The translations under genes were made by a program, and so were the position numbers. The notes beneath the pieces are model-generated. The model ran no database searches. It saw nothing but the letters and a program-made list of their open reading frames with translations, and was not told the DNA's origin. From positions 1 through 43,146 of the forward strand of contig CBDUPF010000001.1 of assembly GCA_965369035.1 (NCBI GenBank): a stretch of DNA of 43,146 nucleotides, in the 5' to 3' direction. Each line of letters starts with the position of its first letter. Position 1 is the first letter of the stretch. Origin of the DNA: an uncultured Aliishimia sp. GTDB lineage: Bacteria > Pseudomonadota > Alphaproteobacteria > Rhodobacterales > Rhodobacteraceae. Below are positions 18,146 to 27,146 of this stretch, piece after piece.

Positions 18146-19423
18146 ATGAGCCTTACCTTCAAACCCCAATCCAGACGAGCCTTCTTGCGCGGCAGCGCCG
18201 CGGCCGCCGCGGGGACCTTGGCCGCCGGGGCAGCGCGAGCCAACACGCCCGATCCGCTGATCACCGAGGTGCAGGACTGGGCCTCGGGCACCGGTGACGG
18301 TGTGGACGCCACGCCCTACGGCCTCCCCATCGAATTCGAAAGCGACGTGATCCGGCGCAACGTGGAGTGGCTGACCGCCGATACCATCTCCTCGATCAAC
18401 TTCACGCCGATCCATGCGCTCGACGGAACGATCACGCCGCAGGGCTGCGCGTTCGAACGGCACCACTCCGGCGCGATCGAGCTGCGCAAGGAGGACTACC
18501 GGCTGATGGTCAACGGGCTGGTCGATCAGCCCTTGATCTTCACCTATGCCGATCTGGAGCGGTTCCCGCGGGAAAACCACGTCTATTTCTGCGAATGCGC
18601 GGCCAACACGGGCATGGAATGGGCCGGCGCGCAGCTCAACGGTGCCCAGTTCACGCACGGCATGATCCACAACATGGAGTATTCCGGCGTCCCGCTGCGC
18701 ACGATCCTGGAGGAAGCCGGGCTGGATGCCGCGGGCGATCTGGCGGGCAAGTGGGTCTATGTCGAAGGGGCCGACGCCTCCTCCAATGGACGGTCGATCC
18801 CGATGGAGAAGGCGCTCGACGACGTGCTTGTCGCGATCAAGGCCAACGGCGAGGCGCTGCGCAAGGAGCACGGCTACCCGGTGCGGCTGGTCGTGCCCGG
18901 CTGGGAAGGCAACATGTGGGTCAAATGGCTGCGCCGGATCGAGGTCATGGACAGCCCCGTGGAAAGCCGCGAGGAGACGTCGAAATACACCGACGTCCTG
19001 GCCGACGGGACTGCGCGGAAATGGACCTGGGTCATGGACGCGAAATCCGTCATCACCGCGCCCAGTCCGCAGATGCCCATCACCCACGGGCACGGGCCGG
19101 TGGTGATTACCGGGATGGCATGGTCCGGGCATGGGCGGATCACGCGGGTCGATGTCTCCAAGGATGGCGGGATCACGTGGGAAACTGCGCGTCTGGGCAC
19201 GCAAGGAGACACCAAGGCGCTCACCCGGTTCTACCTCGATACCGAATGGAACGGGGAGGAATGGCTGCTGCAGTCACGTGCCATGGACGAAACGGGCTAC
19301 GTCCAGCCCACCAAGGCGCAGTTGCGCGAGATCCGGGGCGAGAACTCCATCTACCACAACAACTGCATCCAGACCTGGCATGTGAAACCTGACGGGGAGG
19401 CCGAAAATGTCGAAGTTGGTTGA
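18146..19423 (+). CDS. soxC: Sulfane dehydrogenase molybdoprotein SoxC
   Basis: Tat motif SRRAFL, FERHH, FCECAAN, GYPVRLVVPGWEGNMWVKWL, SREETSKYTD, YHNN. ATG 18146 follows AGGAG. Confidence 0.97.
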   Translation: MSLTFKPQSRRAFLRGSAAAAAGTLAAGAARANTPDPLITEVQDWASGTGDGVDATPYGLPIEFESDVIRRNVEWLTADTISSINFTPIHALDGTITPQGCAFERHHSGAIELRKEDYRLMVNGLVDQPLIFTYADLERFPRENHVYFCECAANTGMEWAGAQLNGAQFTHGMIHNMEYSGVPLRTILEEAGLDAAGDLAGKWVYVEGADASSNGRSIPMEKALDDVLVAIKANGEALRKEHGYPVRLVVPGWEGNMWVKWLRRIEVMDSPVESREETSKYTDVLADGTARKWTWVMDAKSVITAPSPQMPITHGHGPVVITGMAWSGHGRITRVDVSKDGGITWETARLGTQGDTKALTRFYLDTEWNGEEWLLQSRAMDETGYVQPTKAQLREIRGENSIYHNNCIQTWHVKPDGEAENVEVG

Positions 19424-20444
19424 ACTGACCGCCGCCGCGCTGATCGCGGCTTCCCCCGCGCTGGCCGATGGCTACGGGCTGGGCCGCCCGGCACTGCCCG
19501 AGGAGATCGCGGCGTGGAACGTCGATGTTCTGCCCGATGGCCGCGGACTCCCCGAAGGACGGGGCGACGTGATGACCGGCGACGAGGTCTTCGCCGAGAA
19601 ATGCGCGGCCTGCCACGGCGATTTCGCGGAAGGCGTGGACAACTGGCCGGCCTTGGCGGGCGGGTTCGACACGCTGGACGACAAGGACCCGGTCAAGACC
19701 GTGGGTTCGTACTGGCCGTACCTCTCGACCGTGTGGGATTATGTCCACCGCTCCATGCCGTTCGGCGCCGCGCAGACGCTGGAGACGGACGAGGTCTATG
19801 CGATCGTGGCATACATCCTTTATTCCAACGATCTGGTGGACGAGGATTTCGAGTTGAGCCACGAGACCTTCATGGACGTGGAGATGTACAACGCCGACGG
19901 CTTCATCGTGGATGACAGGGCGGAGACGGAATATCCGCTCTGGCGGACAGAACCGTGCATGCAGGATTGCCGCGACAGCGTGAAGATCACCATGCGCGCG
20001 ACCGTGCTCGACGTGACACCCGACGACACCACGGACGATGGCGATGTCACCGAAGCTGCGGTGGAACCGGCGCAGCCCGAAGCGGCCGTGGAAGCCGCGG
20101 CGCCACAGGAAGATGCGCTCGATCCCGAACTGGTCGCGGCCGGCGAGAAGGTGTTCCGCAAATGCAAGGCCTGCCACGAGATCGGCGAGGGGGCCGGCAA
20201 CAAGACCGGGCCTCACCTGAACGGCGTCTTCGGACGCACGATGGGAAGCGTCGAGGGTTTCCGCTACTCCAACGGGTTCCAGGCTGCGGCGGAAGAGGGC
20301 CGCGTCTGGGATAGCGCGGAAATGGCCGCGTTCCTTGCAGCGCCGCGCAAGTACATGAAGGGAACCAAGATGTCCTTTGCCGGGCTGAAAAAGGACGCCG
20401 ACCTGGCGGCCATCGAGGCCTACCTGAAATCGGCGGGGCAATAG
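19407..20444 (+). CDS. soxD: Sulfane dehydrogenase diheme cytochrome SoxD
   Basis: CAACHG, KTVGSYWPY, and a second heme domain CKACH...GTKM; overlaps the end of soxC. Confidence 0.96.
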   Translation: MSKLVELTAAALIAASPALADGYGLGRPALPEEIAAWNVDVLPDGRGLPEGRGDVMTGDEVFAEKCAACHGDFAEGVDNWPALAGGFDTLDDKDPVKTVGSYWPYLSTVWDYVHRSMPFGAAQTLETDEVYAIVAYILYSNDLVDEDFELSHETFMDVEMYNADGFIVDDRAETEYPLWRTEPCMQDCRDSVKITMRATVLDVTPDDTTDDGDVTEAAVEPAQPEAAVEAAAPQEDALDPELVAAGEKVFRKCKACHEIGEGAGNKTGPHLNGVFGRTMGSVEGFRYSNGFQAAAEEGRVWDSAEMAAFLAAPRKYMKGTKMSFAGLKKDADLAAIEAYLKSAGQ

Positions 20445-20447
20445 CGC

Positions 20448-21149
20448 ATGCGCCACGCGATCCCGGCGCTGTTTTGTCTGGCGCTGGCCGCGCCCTGCCT
20501 GGCCGAGACACGTGCCCCCGACCCAGAGGCCGGCAAGGCGGTATTTTCCCAGTGCAAGGGATGCCACCAGGTCGGCGAGGGGGCACGCCACCGGATCGGG
20601 CCGCATCTGAACGGGATATTCGGACGCCGGGCCGCGAGCCACGCGGGGTTCAACTACTCCGACTCGCTCGAACGCCTCGGGAACAGCGGGCTGGAGTGGC
20701 ACGCGGACACGCTCGACGCCTATGTCGAGAACCCGCGCGCGCTGGCCACCGGCACCCGGATGAGTTTCCGCGGTCTCGATGACCCGCAGGACCGCGCGGA
20801 TCTCTTGGCCTATCTCCGCCAGTTCTCGGCCAGCCCCGCCGATATCCCCGAGGCGGATCCGACGGCGCCCGCAACCGATCACGACCTCGACCCGGCGATA
20901 CTCGCGCTCAAGGGCGACCCGGAATACGGTGAATATCTCGCCAGCGAATGTACGACCTGCCATCAGGCGGATGGCGGGAATCAGGGAATCCCGTCTATCG
21001 TCCTATGGCCGGAGGAGGATTTCGTGGTCGCGATGCATGCCTACAAGAACAAGAAGCGGGCGCATCCGGTCATGCAGATGATCGCCGGACGTTTGGGCGA
21101 GGAGGAAATTGCTGCGCTGGCGGCGTACTTCGCGACCATCGACCCATAA
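20448..21149 (+). CDS. soxE: Diheme cytochrome c SoxE
   Basis: Signal peptide, CKGCH and CTTCH; lies between soxD and soxF. Confidence 0.92.
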   Translation: MRHAIPALFCLALAAPCLAETRAPDPEAGKAVFSQCKGCHQVGEGARHRIGPHLNGIFGRRAASHAGFNYSDSLERLGNSGLEWHADTLDAYVENPRALATGTRMSFRGLDDPQDRADLLAYLRQFSASPADIPEADPTAPATDHDLDPAILALKGDPEYGEYLASECTTCHQADGGNQGIPSIVLWPEEDFVVAMHAYKNKKRAHPVMQMIAGRLGEEEIAALAAYFATIDP

Positions 21150-21176
21150 GAGCCAGCTGTCCTGGGAGGAGACGAC

Positions 21177-22445
21177 ATGAAATTGAACAGAAGGTATTTC
21201 ATCGGAACGACCGCCGCCGCGGCGGGATCGCTGGCGGCGCCGACGGTCTGGGGCGCGGCGCATGGTGTTCCGCGCGTGGTGGTGATCGGCGGCGGCGCGG
21301 GCGGTGCCACGGCCGCACGCTACATCGCCAAGGACAGCGACGGCGCGATCGACGTCACGTTGATCGAGCCAACGCGGACCTACTACACCTGTTTCTTCTC
21401 CAACCTCTATCTCGGCGGGTTCAAGGAGATGTCCGATATCGGCCACACTTACGGCACGCTGGCCTCGGACTACGGCATCAACGTGGTGCATGACTGGGCC
21501 GTGGGCGTGGACCGCGATGCCAGGACGGTGAGCCTCGCCGGTGGCGGCACCGTTCCCTATGACAAGCTGATCCTGAGCCCGGGCATAGATTTCGTCGATG
21601 GCGCGGTCCCTGGCTGGGACCTCTCGGCGCAGAACGCGATGCCACATGCCTACAAGGCCGGGTCGCAGTCCGAACTGCTGCGCGCGCAACTGCGGGCGAT
21701 GCCGGAGGGTGGTCGCTATGTCATGGTCGCGCCGCCAAACCCCTTCCGTTGCCCGCCGGGGCCTTACGAGCGGGTGTCGATGGTTGCGCACTGGCTCAAG
21801 GCCAACAATCCCACCGCCAAGATCATCATCGCCGACCCGAAGGACAAGTTCTCCAAGCAGGCGCTGTTCGAGGAAGGCTGGCAGAACCACTACAGCGGCA
21901 TGATCGAGCGGATCGGGCCGGATTTCGGCGGCGAGAACGTGACGGTCGACGCTTCCGCGATGACGGTCGATATCGACGGCGAGGTGATCCAGGCCGATGT
22001 CTGCAACGTGATCCCCGCACAAAAGGCAGGCCGGATCGCAGAGCTTGCGGGTGTCACCGACGGCAACTGGGCGCCGGTCAATCCCGGTGACATGTCGTCG
22101 AAGGCCGACCCGGACATCCACGTGCTGGGCGACGCCAGCAACCAGGGCGACATGCCGAAATCGGGCTTCTCCGCCAACAGCCAGGCCAAGGTCTGTGCCA
22201 ACGCGGTGCGGGGTGCGCTGACCGGTTCCAAGGTCTTCCCGGCCAAGTATTCGAACACCTGCTGGTCGCTGATCGCGGAGAATGACGGGGTGAAGGTCGG
22301 AGCGGCCTACGAGCCCACCGAGGAGAAGATCGCCTCGGTCTCGAGCTTCGTGAGCCAGACCGGTGAGGACAGTGCAACGCGCAAGGCGACCTACGAGGAG
22401 TCGGAAGGCTGGTACGCCGGCATTACCGCAGACATGTTCGGCTGA
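21177..22445 (+). CDS. soxF: Flavocytochrome c sulfide dehydrogenase-like flavoprotein SoxF
   Basis: Tat motif NRRYFI, VVVIGGGAGG, TCFFSN, RCPPGPYER, MPKSGFSANSQAK, NTCWS. Confidence 0.96.
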   Translation: MKLNRRYFIGTTAAAAGSLAAPTVWGAAHGVPRVVVIGGGAGGATAARYIAKDSDGAIDVTLIEPTRTYYTCFFSNLYLGGFKEMSDIGHTYGTLASDYGINVVHDWAVGVDRDARTVSLAGGGTVPYDKLILSPGIDFVDGAVPGWDLSAQNAMPHAYKAGSQSELLRAQLRAMPEGGRYVMVAPPNPFRCPPGPYERVSMVAHWLKANNPTAKIIIADPKDKFSKQALFEEGWQNHYSGMIERIGPDFGGENVTVDASAMTVDIDGEVIQADVCNVIPAQKAGRIAELAGVTDGNWAPVNPGDMSSKADPDIHVLGDASNQGDMPKSGFSANSQAKVCANAVRGALTGSKVFPAKYSNTCWSLIAENDGVKVGAAYEPTEEKIASVSSFVSQTGEDSATRKATYEESEGWYAGITADMFG

Positions 22446-22457
22446 TCGAGGGACAAG

Positions 22458-22488
22458 CCGCGCTCGGGATTTTCGGTCCCGCGCGCGG
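22458..22488 (+). terminator. GC-rich stem-loop after soxF
   Basis: CCGCGC-t-CGGGA...TCCCG-c-GCGCGG; no U tract. Confidence 0.4.
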
Positions 22489-22577
22489 TCCGCTAAACCG
22501 TGTTGCGCCCGCAAGTTCCGCACCGAGGTGGGCCCCGCGTTGCAAAAGCGGTGCGTCCATCCGTGTCGGTGGCTACA

Positions 22578-22591
22578 TTGCGCAAGATCAA
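22578..22591. promoter_or_regulatory. FNR/FnrL-like box upstream of the DUF302 gene
   Basis: TTGCG-CAAG-ATCAA against consensus TTGAT-N4-ATCAA (2 mismatches), ending about 60 bp before the ATG. Confidence 0.45.
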
Positions 22592-22650
22592 GGCGTCACC
22601 TCGCAGACCCTGCAAGTGATGTCACAGGGAGTTGGAACAAAGGAGCCCCG

Positions 22651-23082
22651 ATGATGAAGCAGATTGCACTTGCCGCCGTGCTTGTAATGGGTGGGCCGGC
22701 GCTGGCCCAGGACGCGGTATCCGTACCCTTCGACGGCTCCATGGAGGATGCCAAGTTCCTGGTCGAAAGCGCGATCGTCGACAAGGGGCTGGTCATCGAC
22801 CATGTGAGTCACGTGGGAGAGATGCTGGCCCGGACCGGTGCGGATGTCGGCAGCGACAAGACGATCTTCAAGGAAGCGGACGTATTCACTTTCTGTTCGG
22901 CCGTCGTGTCGCGCGAGGTGATGGAAGCCGATCCTATGAACATCGCCTATTGTCCCTACGGGATATTCGTGGCCGAAACGGCCGATGGCGTGATGATCGG
23001 ATACCGCAAGTACCCCGAGGGGGAGATGCAGAAGGTCGAAGCGCTTCTGGCGGAGATCGTCGCCGAGGCGGTGGAGGACTGA
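22651..23082 (+). CDS. Periplasmic DUF302 domain protein
   Basis: AGGAG RBS, Sec signal (MMKQIALAAVLVMGGPALA), KGLVID, FTFCSA, NIAYCPY. Confidence 0.85.
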   Translation: MMKQIALAAVLVMGGPALAQDAVSVPFDGSMEDAKFLVESAIVDKGLVIDHVSHVGEMLARTGADVGSDKTIFKEADVFTFCSAVVSREVMEADPMNIAYCPYGIFVAETADGVMIGYRKYPEGEMQKVEALLAEIVAEAVED

Positions 23083-23137
23083 CGCGCCGACACCCGATGC
23101 CCGCGCGTCTTTGCGGGTCCGACGGCCTGTCGACCGC

Positions 23138-24046
23138 TCACCCCTGAACGAAGCGATAGTGACCGTCGGCCCGCTCGACCCGGCCCATTCCGCCGCCGGG
23201 AAGGTGGAAGCCGATGGCCAGCATCCCCTCGGACACCAGCCGGTCCAGCAGTACTTTCCGCGTGTCGGCGGCGGTCTGCATGTCCTGATCCGTTCCGCTC
23301 GGCCAATCGGGCCGCGCGAAGGCCACGTGGTGATTGCCGATCGCATCACCGATGACCATCGCGGTGTCCGAGCCGTTGCGGATTTCGAAGGACATGTGAC
23401 CGGGCGTGTGGCCGAAGCTCGCGACCGCCGCGATTCCCGGCAGAACCTCGTCGCCAGCGTCGAAGAATTCGATGCGGTCCTCCAGCGCCTCCATGCGGCG
23501 TTTGGCTCCTACGGCAAAGGCGGTCCGCGCCGCTCCGATCGCGTCGACCGTCGCCGGGTTCCACCAGTAATCCCACTCGGCACGGCCCATCAGAAACGCG
23601 GCATTCGGCAAGGGTATCTCGTCGAAATCGTCGAGCGCGCCCCAGATGTGGTCGGGATGGGCGTGGGTAAAGACGACATGCGTGATCTCCTCCGCTGACA
23701 CCCCGGCGGCATCAAGATTGTCGAGCAGGGTTCCGGCGGATGGCATGAAATCCGGGCCCGACCCGATGTCGAAGAGCACGGTGTTCGTCCCGTCCCGGTA
23801 AAGCGCGAGGTTGCATTCGGGCTCCAGCTGGTCCGACGGAATACCGTATTCCTGCAGGATGGCGGGCAGGGCGTCCTGCGGCATCGGTCCGAAGATGAAT
23901 TCGCCCGGCAGGACAAGGTGGCCGTCGCTGACCGTCGTGAGGGTGGCCGACCCGAGACTGGTTTCTGCGATGGCCGGCCGGATCAGGCCGCCGGTGATCG
24001 ACGTGGCCGCGGCAAGCTGCATCATCCTGCGCCGTGTGATTTGCAT
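23138..24046 (-). CDS. Tat-exported metallo-beta-lactamase-fold hydrolase (possibly SoxG-like)
   Basis: ITRRRMM twin-arginine leader, THAHPDHIWG, GHTPGH, IGDA, GFH; AGGAGG RBS. Confidence 0.85.
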   Translation of the reverse strand: MQITRRRMMQLAAATSITGGLIRPAIAETSLGSATLTTVSDGHLVLPGEFIFGPMPQDALPAILQEYGIPSDQLEPECNLALYRDGTNTVLFDIGSGPDFMPSAGTLLDNLDAAGVSAEEITHVVFTHAHPDHIWGALDDFDEIPLPNAAFLMGRAEWDYWWNPATVDAIGAARTAFAVGAKRRMEALEDRIEFFDAGDEVLPGIAAVASFGHTPGHMSFEIRNGSDTAMVIGDAIGNHHVAFARPDWPSGTDQDMQTAADTRKVLLDRLVSEGMLAIGFHLPGGGMGRVERADGHYRFVQG

Positions 24047-24059
24047 GGAAGCCCCTCCT

Positions 24060-24081
24060 TATATTCGCGTTTCAGAATATA
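24060..24081. promoter_or_regulatory. Putative SoxR operator upstream of the MBL hydrolase, overlapping the racemase stop codon
   Basis: Perfect-arm palindrome TATATTC-GCGTTTCA-GAATATA with the same ATTC-N8-GAAT core as the soxX site. Confidence 0.62.
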
Positions 24082-24845
24082 TTTTCGGCGCCATTCCGGC
24101 AAGCTGTTTCCTGTGCCAGCAGGTGCCAGGCCTGCCGTCCTTCGGGGAGTGCGCCGGCAAGGTGCAGCATGTGCCAGCCGATCACGAGATTGCTGGACAG
24201 GATCGGAACGCCGAATTCCGTCTGCAACTCCGGGATGACGCGGAACATCTTGACGTTGGTGCAGGAAGAAAACAGCGCATCGACCTGCGCGCCTTGCATC
24301 AGGCTTCGCGCAGCGGCGATCAGCGAGGGCGGGTCGATATGCGCCACGCGCCGTTCGTCCGCCTCGTGGAAGGAGCCGAACGTCGGTGTGTCGATGCCGT
24401 GATCGGCCAGCACGCGACGCAGATGGGCGGACACGGGTTCGATGTAGGGGGAGAGGAACGCGATGCGCCGCATGCCGCCTGCCCGGCAGGCCGCGATCAG
24501 GGCGGAGACGGGCTCGGTCACCGCCTGCGCCCGGGTGCCCGCGCGGATCAGTTCCGCGACGCGGTCCGAGCCGATCTGGGCGGAGGCCGAAGTGCAGGCA
24601 TAACCCACCACGTCGAAATTCTTGCCCTCCGGAAACAGGCTCGCAGCCTGCGCCAGATGTTGCTCCATGGCGCCCAGCGTCTCCAGCGTGACGCGGGCGC
24701 CGGAGGGCACGCGCGAGACGTTGAGGCTGACGGTGTCGGGCAGGGTGCGGCGCAGTTCGTCCTCGATGGTTTCGTCGGATTGCAGCACGACAAGACCCAG
24801 CTTCGGGCGCGTGTCCTCGAACATCGTATAGGGCAGGGATGTCAT
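24072..24845 (-). CDS. Asp/Glu racemase superfamily protein (maleate isomerase/AMDase/EutA-like)
   Basis: LGLVVLQSDETIE, YACTSAS, LSPY, FSSCTN, PILSSN; both catalytic Cys present. Confidence 0.87.
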   Translation of the reverse strand: MTSLPYTMFEDTRPKLGLVVLQSDETIEDELRRTLPDTVSLNVSRVPSGARVTLETLGAMEQHLAQAASLFPEGKNFDVVGYACTSASAQIGSDRVAELIRAGTRAQAVTEPVSALIAACRAGGMRRIAFLSPYIEPVSAHLRRVLADHGIDTPTFGSFHEADERRVAHIDPPSLIAAARSLMQGAQVDALFSSCTNVKMFRVIPELQTEFGVPILSSNLVIGWHMLHLAGALPEGRQAWHLLAQETACRNGAENIF

Positions 24846-26014
24846 TGCGGGCCCTCCAGTACCGGGATGTCGCGCGGTGCGGGGGTGGACAGATACTCCG
24901 CGCCGCCCTCGGTCACGACGATGTTCTCCTCGTGCGTCAGGATGCGGTCACCGGCAAGAGACAGGCAGGGTTCCAGCGTCAGGACCATTCCCGGAACCAG
25001 TTCCGTCTCGTCCTGCGGGACAAGCGACGGCCATTCCGTCAGCTGCATGCCCAGCCCGTGACCCATCCGCCCGGCATCGGGCGTCCCGGCCCCGCCGGTC
25101 AACACATTGTCCATGGCGTGAAACAGATCCGCCGCGGTCGCTCCGGGGCGTGCCACGGAAAATCCCGCGTCCACCGCCTCCAGCAGGCGGGCGTGGGCGT
25201 CAACCGTCTCGGGTTCCGCACGGCTCACCGCGAAATTCCGGTCGAAGTCGCAGAAATACCCGTCATGCACCAATCCGCAATCCAGCATCAGCACATCGCC
25301 GGGAGCCAGCGGAGTATCCGTCGCGGGAGAGATCACATCGCCGTATCCGCCCGGACCCGCCCCGCCCGCAAGGTAGGACACCCAGTCCGCGCCTTCGGAG
25401 AGCGCCAGCATCTGGAATCGGCGAAAGACCTCTGCCAGCGGAACCCCCGCCGAGGCGATCTCGGGCACGCGGTCGAACGCGCGGTCGGCGATGGCGCAGG
25501 CGATGCGGATCTTGGCGATCTCGGCGCCTGATTTCACCATGCGTAGGCGGCGGAGGATGTCCGCATCCCCGTCGAAGGAGCGCGATCCCACGGCTGCCCC
25601 CAGGGCGCGCCAACTGTCGAGCGGCAGGCGCAGATGCGTCTCCATCCCGCTTGGCACGCCGATCCGCCCGCCCTGTGGGACGAGGTCGCACAGCGTTTCC
25701 GCCGCCAGCCCGACCCCGTCGTCGTTCAGGTCCGGTGCGCGCCACGTGCGGATGTCGTTGATCCATGTCTGTCCCATGAGATGCGCGCCGATGGCCGGGA
25801 TCACCGCCACCGGATCGCCCCGCGCCGGCACCACCAGCATCCAGGGCCGCGTCGGGCTTTCCCAGAACCGTGTCAGGAAACCGGTGAAGTAGCGCACTTC
25901 CGGTTCCGTTGTCAGGAACAGCGCATCAAGGCCGGCGTCGACCATCATGCCCTGCGCGCGGCGCAGACGGCCGTGGAACTCGGCGAGGGGAAATCCCCGG
26001 GCCGGCGGCGTCAT
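24842..26014 (-). CDS. M24 (Xaa-Pro peptidase family) metallohydrolase with creatinase-like N-terminal domain
   Basis: VRYFTGF, LRMVKS.AEI; metal ligands MLDCG, FCDFDR, GHGLG, TLEP, HEEN; ATGA overlap with the racemase gene. Confidence 0.88.
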   Translation of the reverse strand: MTPPARGFPLAEFHGRLRRAQGMMVDAGLDALFLTTEPEVRYFTGFLTRFWESPTRPWMLVVPARGDPVAVIPAIGAHLMGQTWINDIRTWRAPDLNDDGVGLAAETLCDLVPQGGRIGVPSGMETHLRLPLDSWRALGAAVGSRSFDGDADILRRLRMVKSGAEIAKIRIACAIADRAFDRVPEIASAGVPLAEVFRRFQMLALSEGADWVSYLAGGAGPGGYGDVISPATDTPLAPGDVLMLDCGLVHDGYFCDFDRNFAVSRAEPETVDAHARLLEAVDAGFSVARPGATAADLFHAMDNVLTGGAGTPDAGRMGHGLGMQLTEWPSLVPQDETELVPGMVLTLEPCLSLAGDRILTHEENIVVTEGGAEYLSTPAPRDIPVLEGPQ

Positions 26015-26349
26015 GCGCCAGCCTCGCCACGAGGGAGGGCCGGGGCGAGCGTTTCCTGCTCCCGCGCGTCACCGAGGCTTGGCGTCGCATTCCACCGGGT
26101 GCCGTCGCAAATGCTCGTCACGATAGCCATGTCCCCGATTACCGCATTGTGCGGGGTCTGACCATCGGTCCCGTGCAGCATTGACCTCGCGACGAGGGGG
26201 GATAGTCTGCCGCGACACGGTATGCGAGAAAATGCGGAGCGGCGCTTGGTCTCTAACGGCTTGAGGGATGATCGGGCGGCGGATGCCCTGGCCGACTCGC
26301 GTTTTTCGCGTCGCATGTATTGCATGGTGGGTGCCGGAGAGCCGCGGGA

Positions 26350-27015
26350 ATGATGCGGGCTCGTGGCAAACCGCACCTCCATGCGCCCTTCCCCTTGTGG
26401 AAACGCCTGTTCGATCTGGGCTTCGTCCTGCTCACGCTTCCGCTCACGCTGCCGATCGGGATCGTGACCTCCGCCTTGATCCTTGCGATCGAGGGCAGGC
26501 CGGTCATTTACCGCGCCCGCAGGGCCGGGCAGAACGGACGCATCTTCAGTGCGCTGAAGTTCCGGACCATGCGCGAAATCAACCGGCCCGAGGATGACCG
26601 CGGCGTGTCGGGCGGTCACAAGACGTTCCGCGTGACGCGCTTTTGCGCCTTCCTGCGCCGCACGCGCCTCGACGAGCTGCCGCAGCTTGTGAACGTGGTG
26701 CGGGCCGACATGTCTCTCGTCGGGCCGCGCCCCCCCGATCCGCGTTATGTCGAGATGCTGCCGGAGATCTATGGCCGTGTCCTGCGCAGCAGGCCGGGGC
26801 TGACCGGGCTTGCCACGCTGCACGTACACCGCTTCGAGGACCGGATTCTGAAAGCCTGCAAGACCCGCGAAGAGACAGAGCAGGTCTATCTGCGCCGCTG
26901 TGTGCCGCGAAAGGCGCAACTGGATCTGATCTACCAGCGTCGGGCGACCCGACCGGGCGCGGTGTGTTTCGATTTCGCGATCCTTGTCCGTTCGATCGGT
27001 TCGGTCCTGAGATAA
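26350..27015 (+). CDS. Small phosphoglycosyl transferase (bacterial sugar transferase, PglC/WbaP C-domain type)
   Basis: KRLFD followed by a hydrophobic helix, KFRTM, LRRTRLDELPQL, MSLVGPRP, RPGLTG. Start uncertain (26320 or 26350). Confidence 0.9.
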   Translation: MMRARGKPHLHAPFPLWKRLFDLGFVLLTLPLTLPIGIVTSALILAIEGRPVIYRARRAGQNGRIFSALKFRTMREINRPEDDRGVSGGHKTFRVTRFCAFLRRTRLDELPQLVNVVRADMSLVGPRPPDPRYVEMLPEIYGRVLRSRPGLTGLATLHVHRFEDRILKACKTREETEQVYLRRCVPRKAQLDLIYQRRATRPGAVCFDFAILVRSIGSVLR

Positions 27016-27146
27016 CGACCGATCCTGACAATTAGATTCAAATCAACGAGGAAAAGTCCGGCCTTTCGTGTGATCGGGAACAAAAAGATAACGATTGCAT
27101 AATATCTGCGCTGTCGGAGTACCTGTCCTCCAGAAGGCTAGGCTTG

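Noticed and set aside
23081-23112. GACGCGC...GCGCGTC-TTT as a terminator between convergent genes
   Set aside because: Short stem with a large loop that overlaps the stop codon; too weak to call.
23138-24046. Assigning the symbol soxG or a quorum-quenching lactonase function
   Set aside because: Size, Tat leader and the operator fit SoxG, but orthology cannot be confirmed without a search and HxHxDH is shared across the superfamily.
24842-26014. Calling the M24 protein DddP or EutD
   Set aside because: Fold similarity only; no diagnostic sequence recognised and no supporting pathway genes.
26011-26181. 56-codon minus-strand ORF whose stop overlaps the M24 start (ATGA)
   Set aside because: No RBS or recognisable motif; the overlap can arise by chance.
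27033-27046. TAGAT-TCAA-ATCAA as an FNR box upstream of the protease
   Set aside because: The mismatch falls in the conserved TTG, and the AT-rich context makes a chance match plausible.
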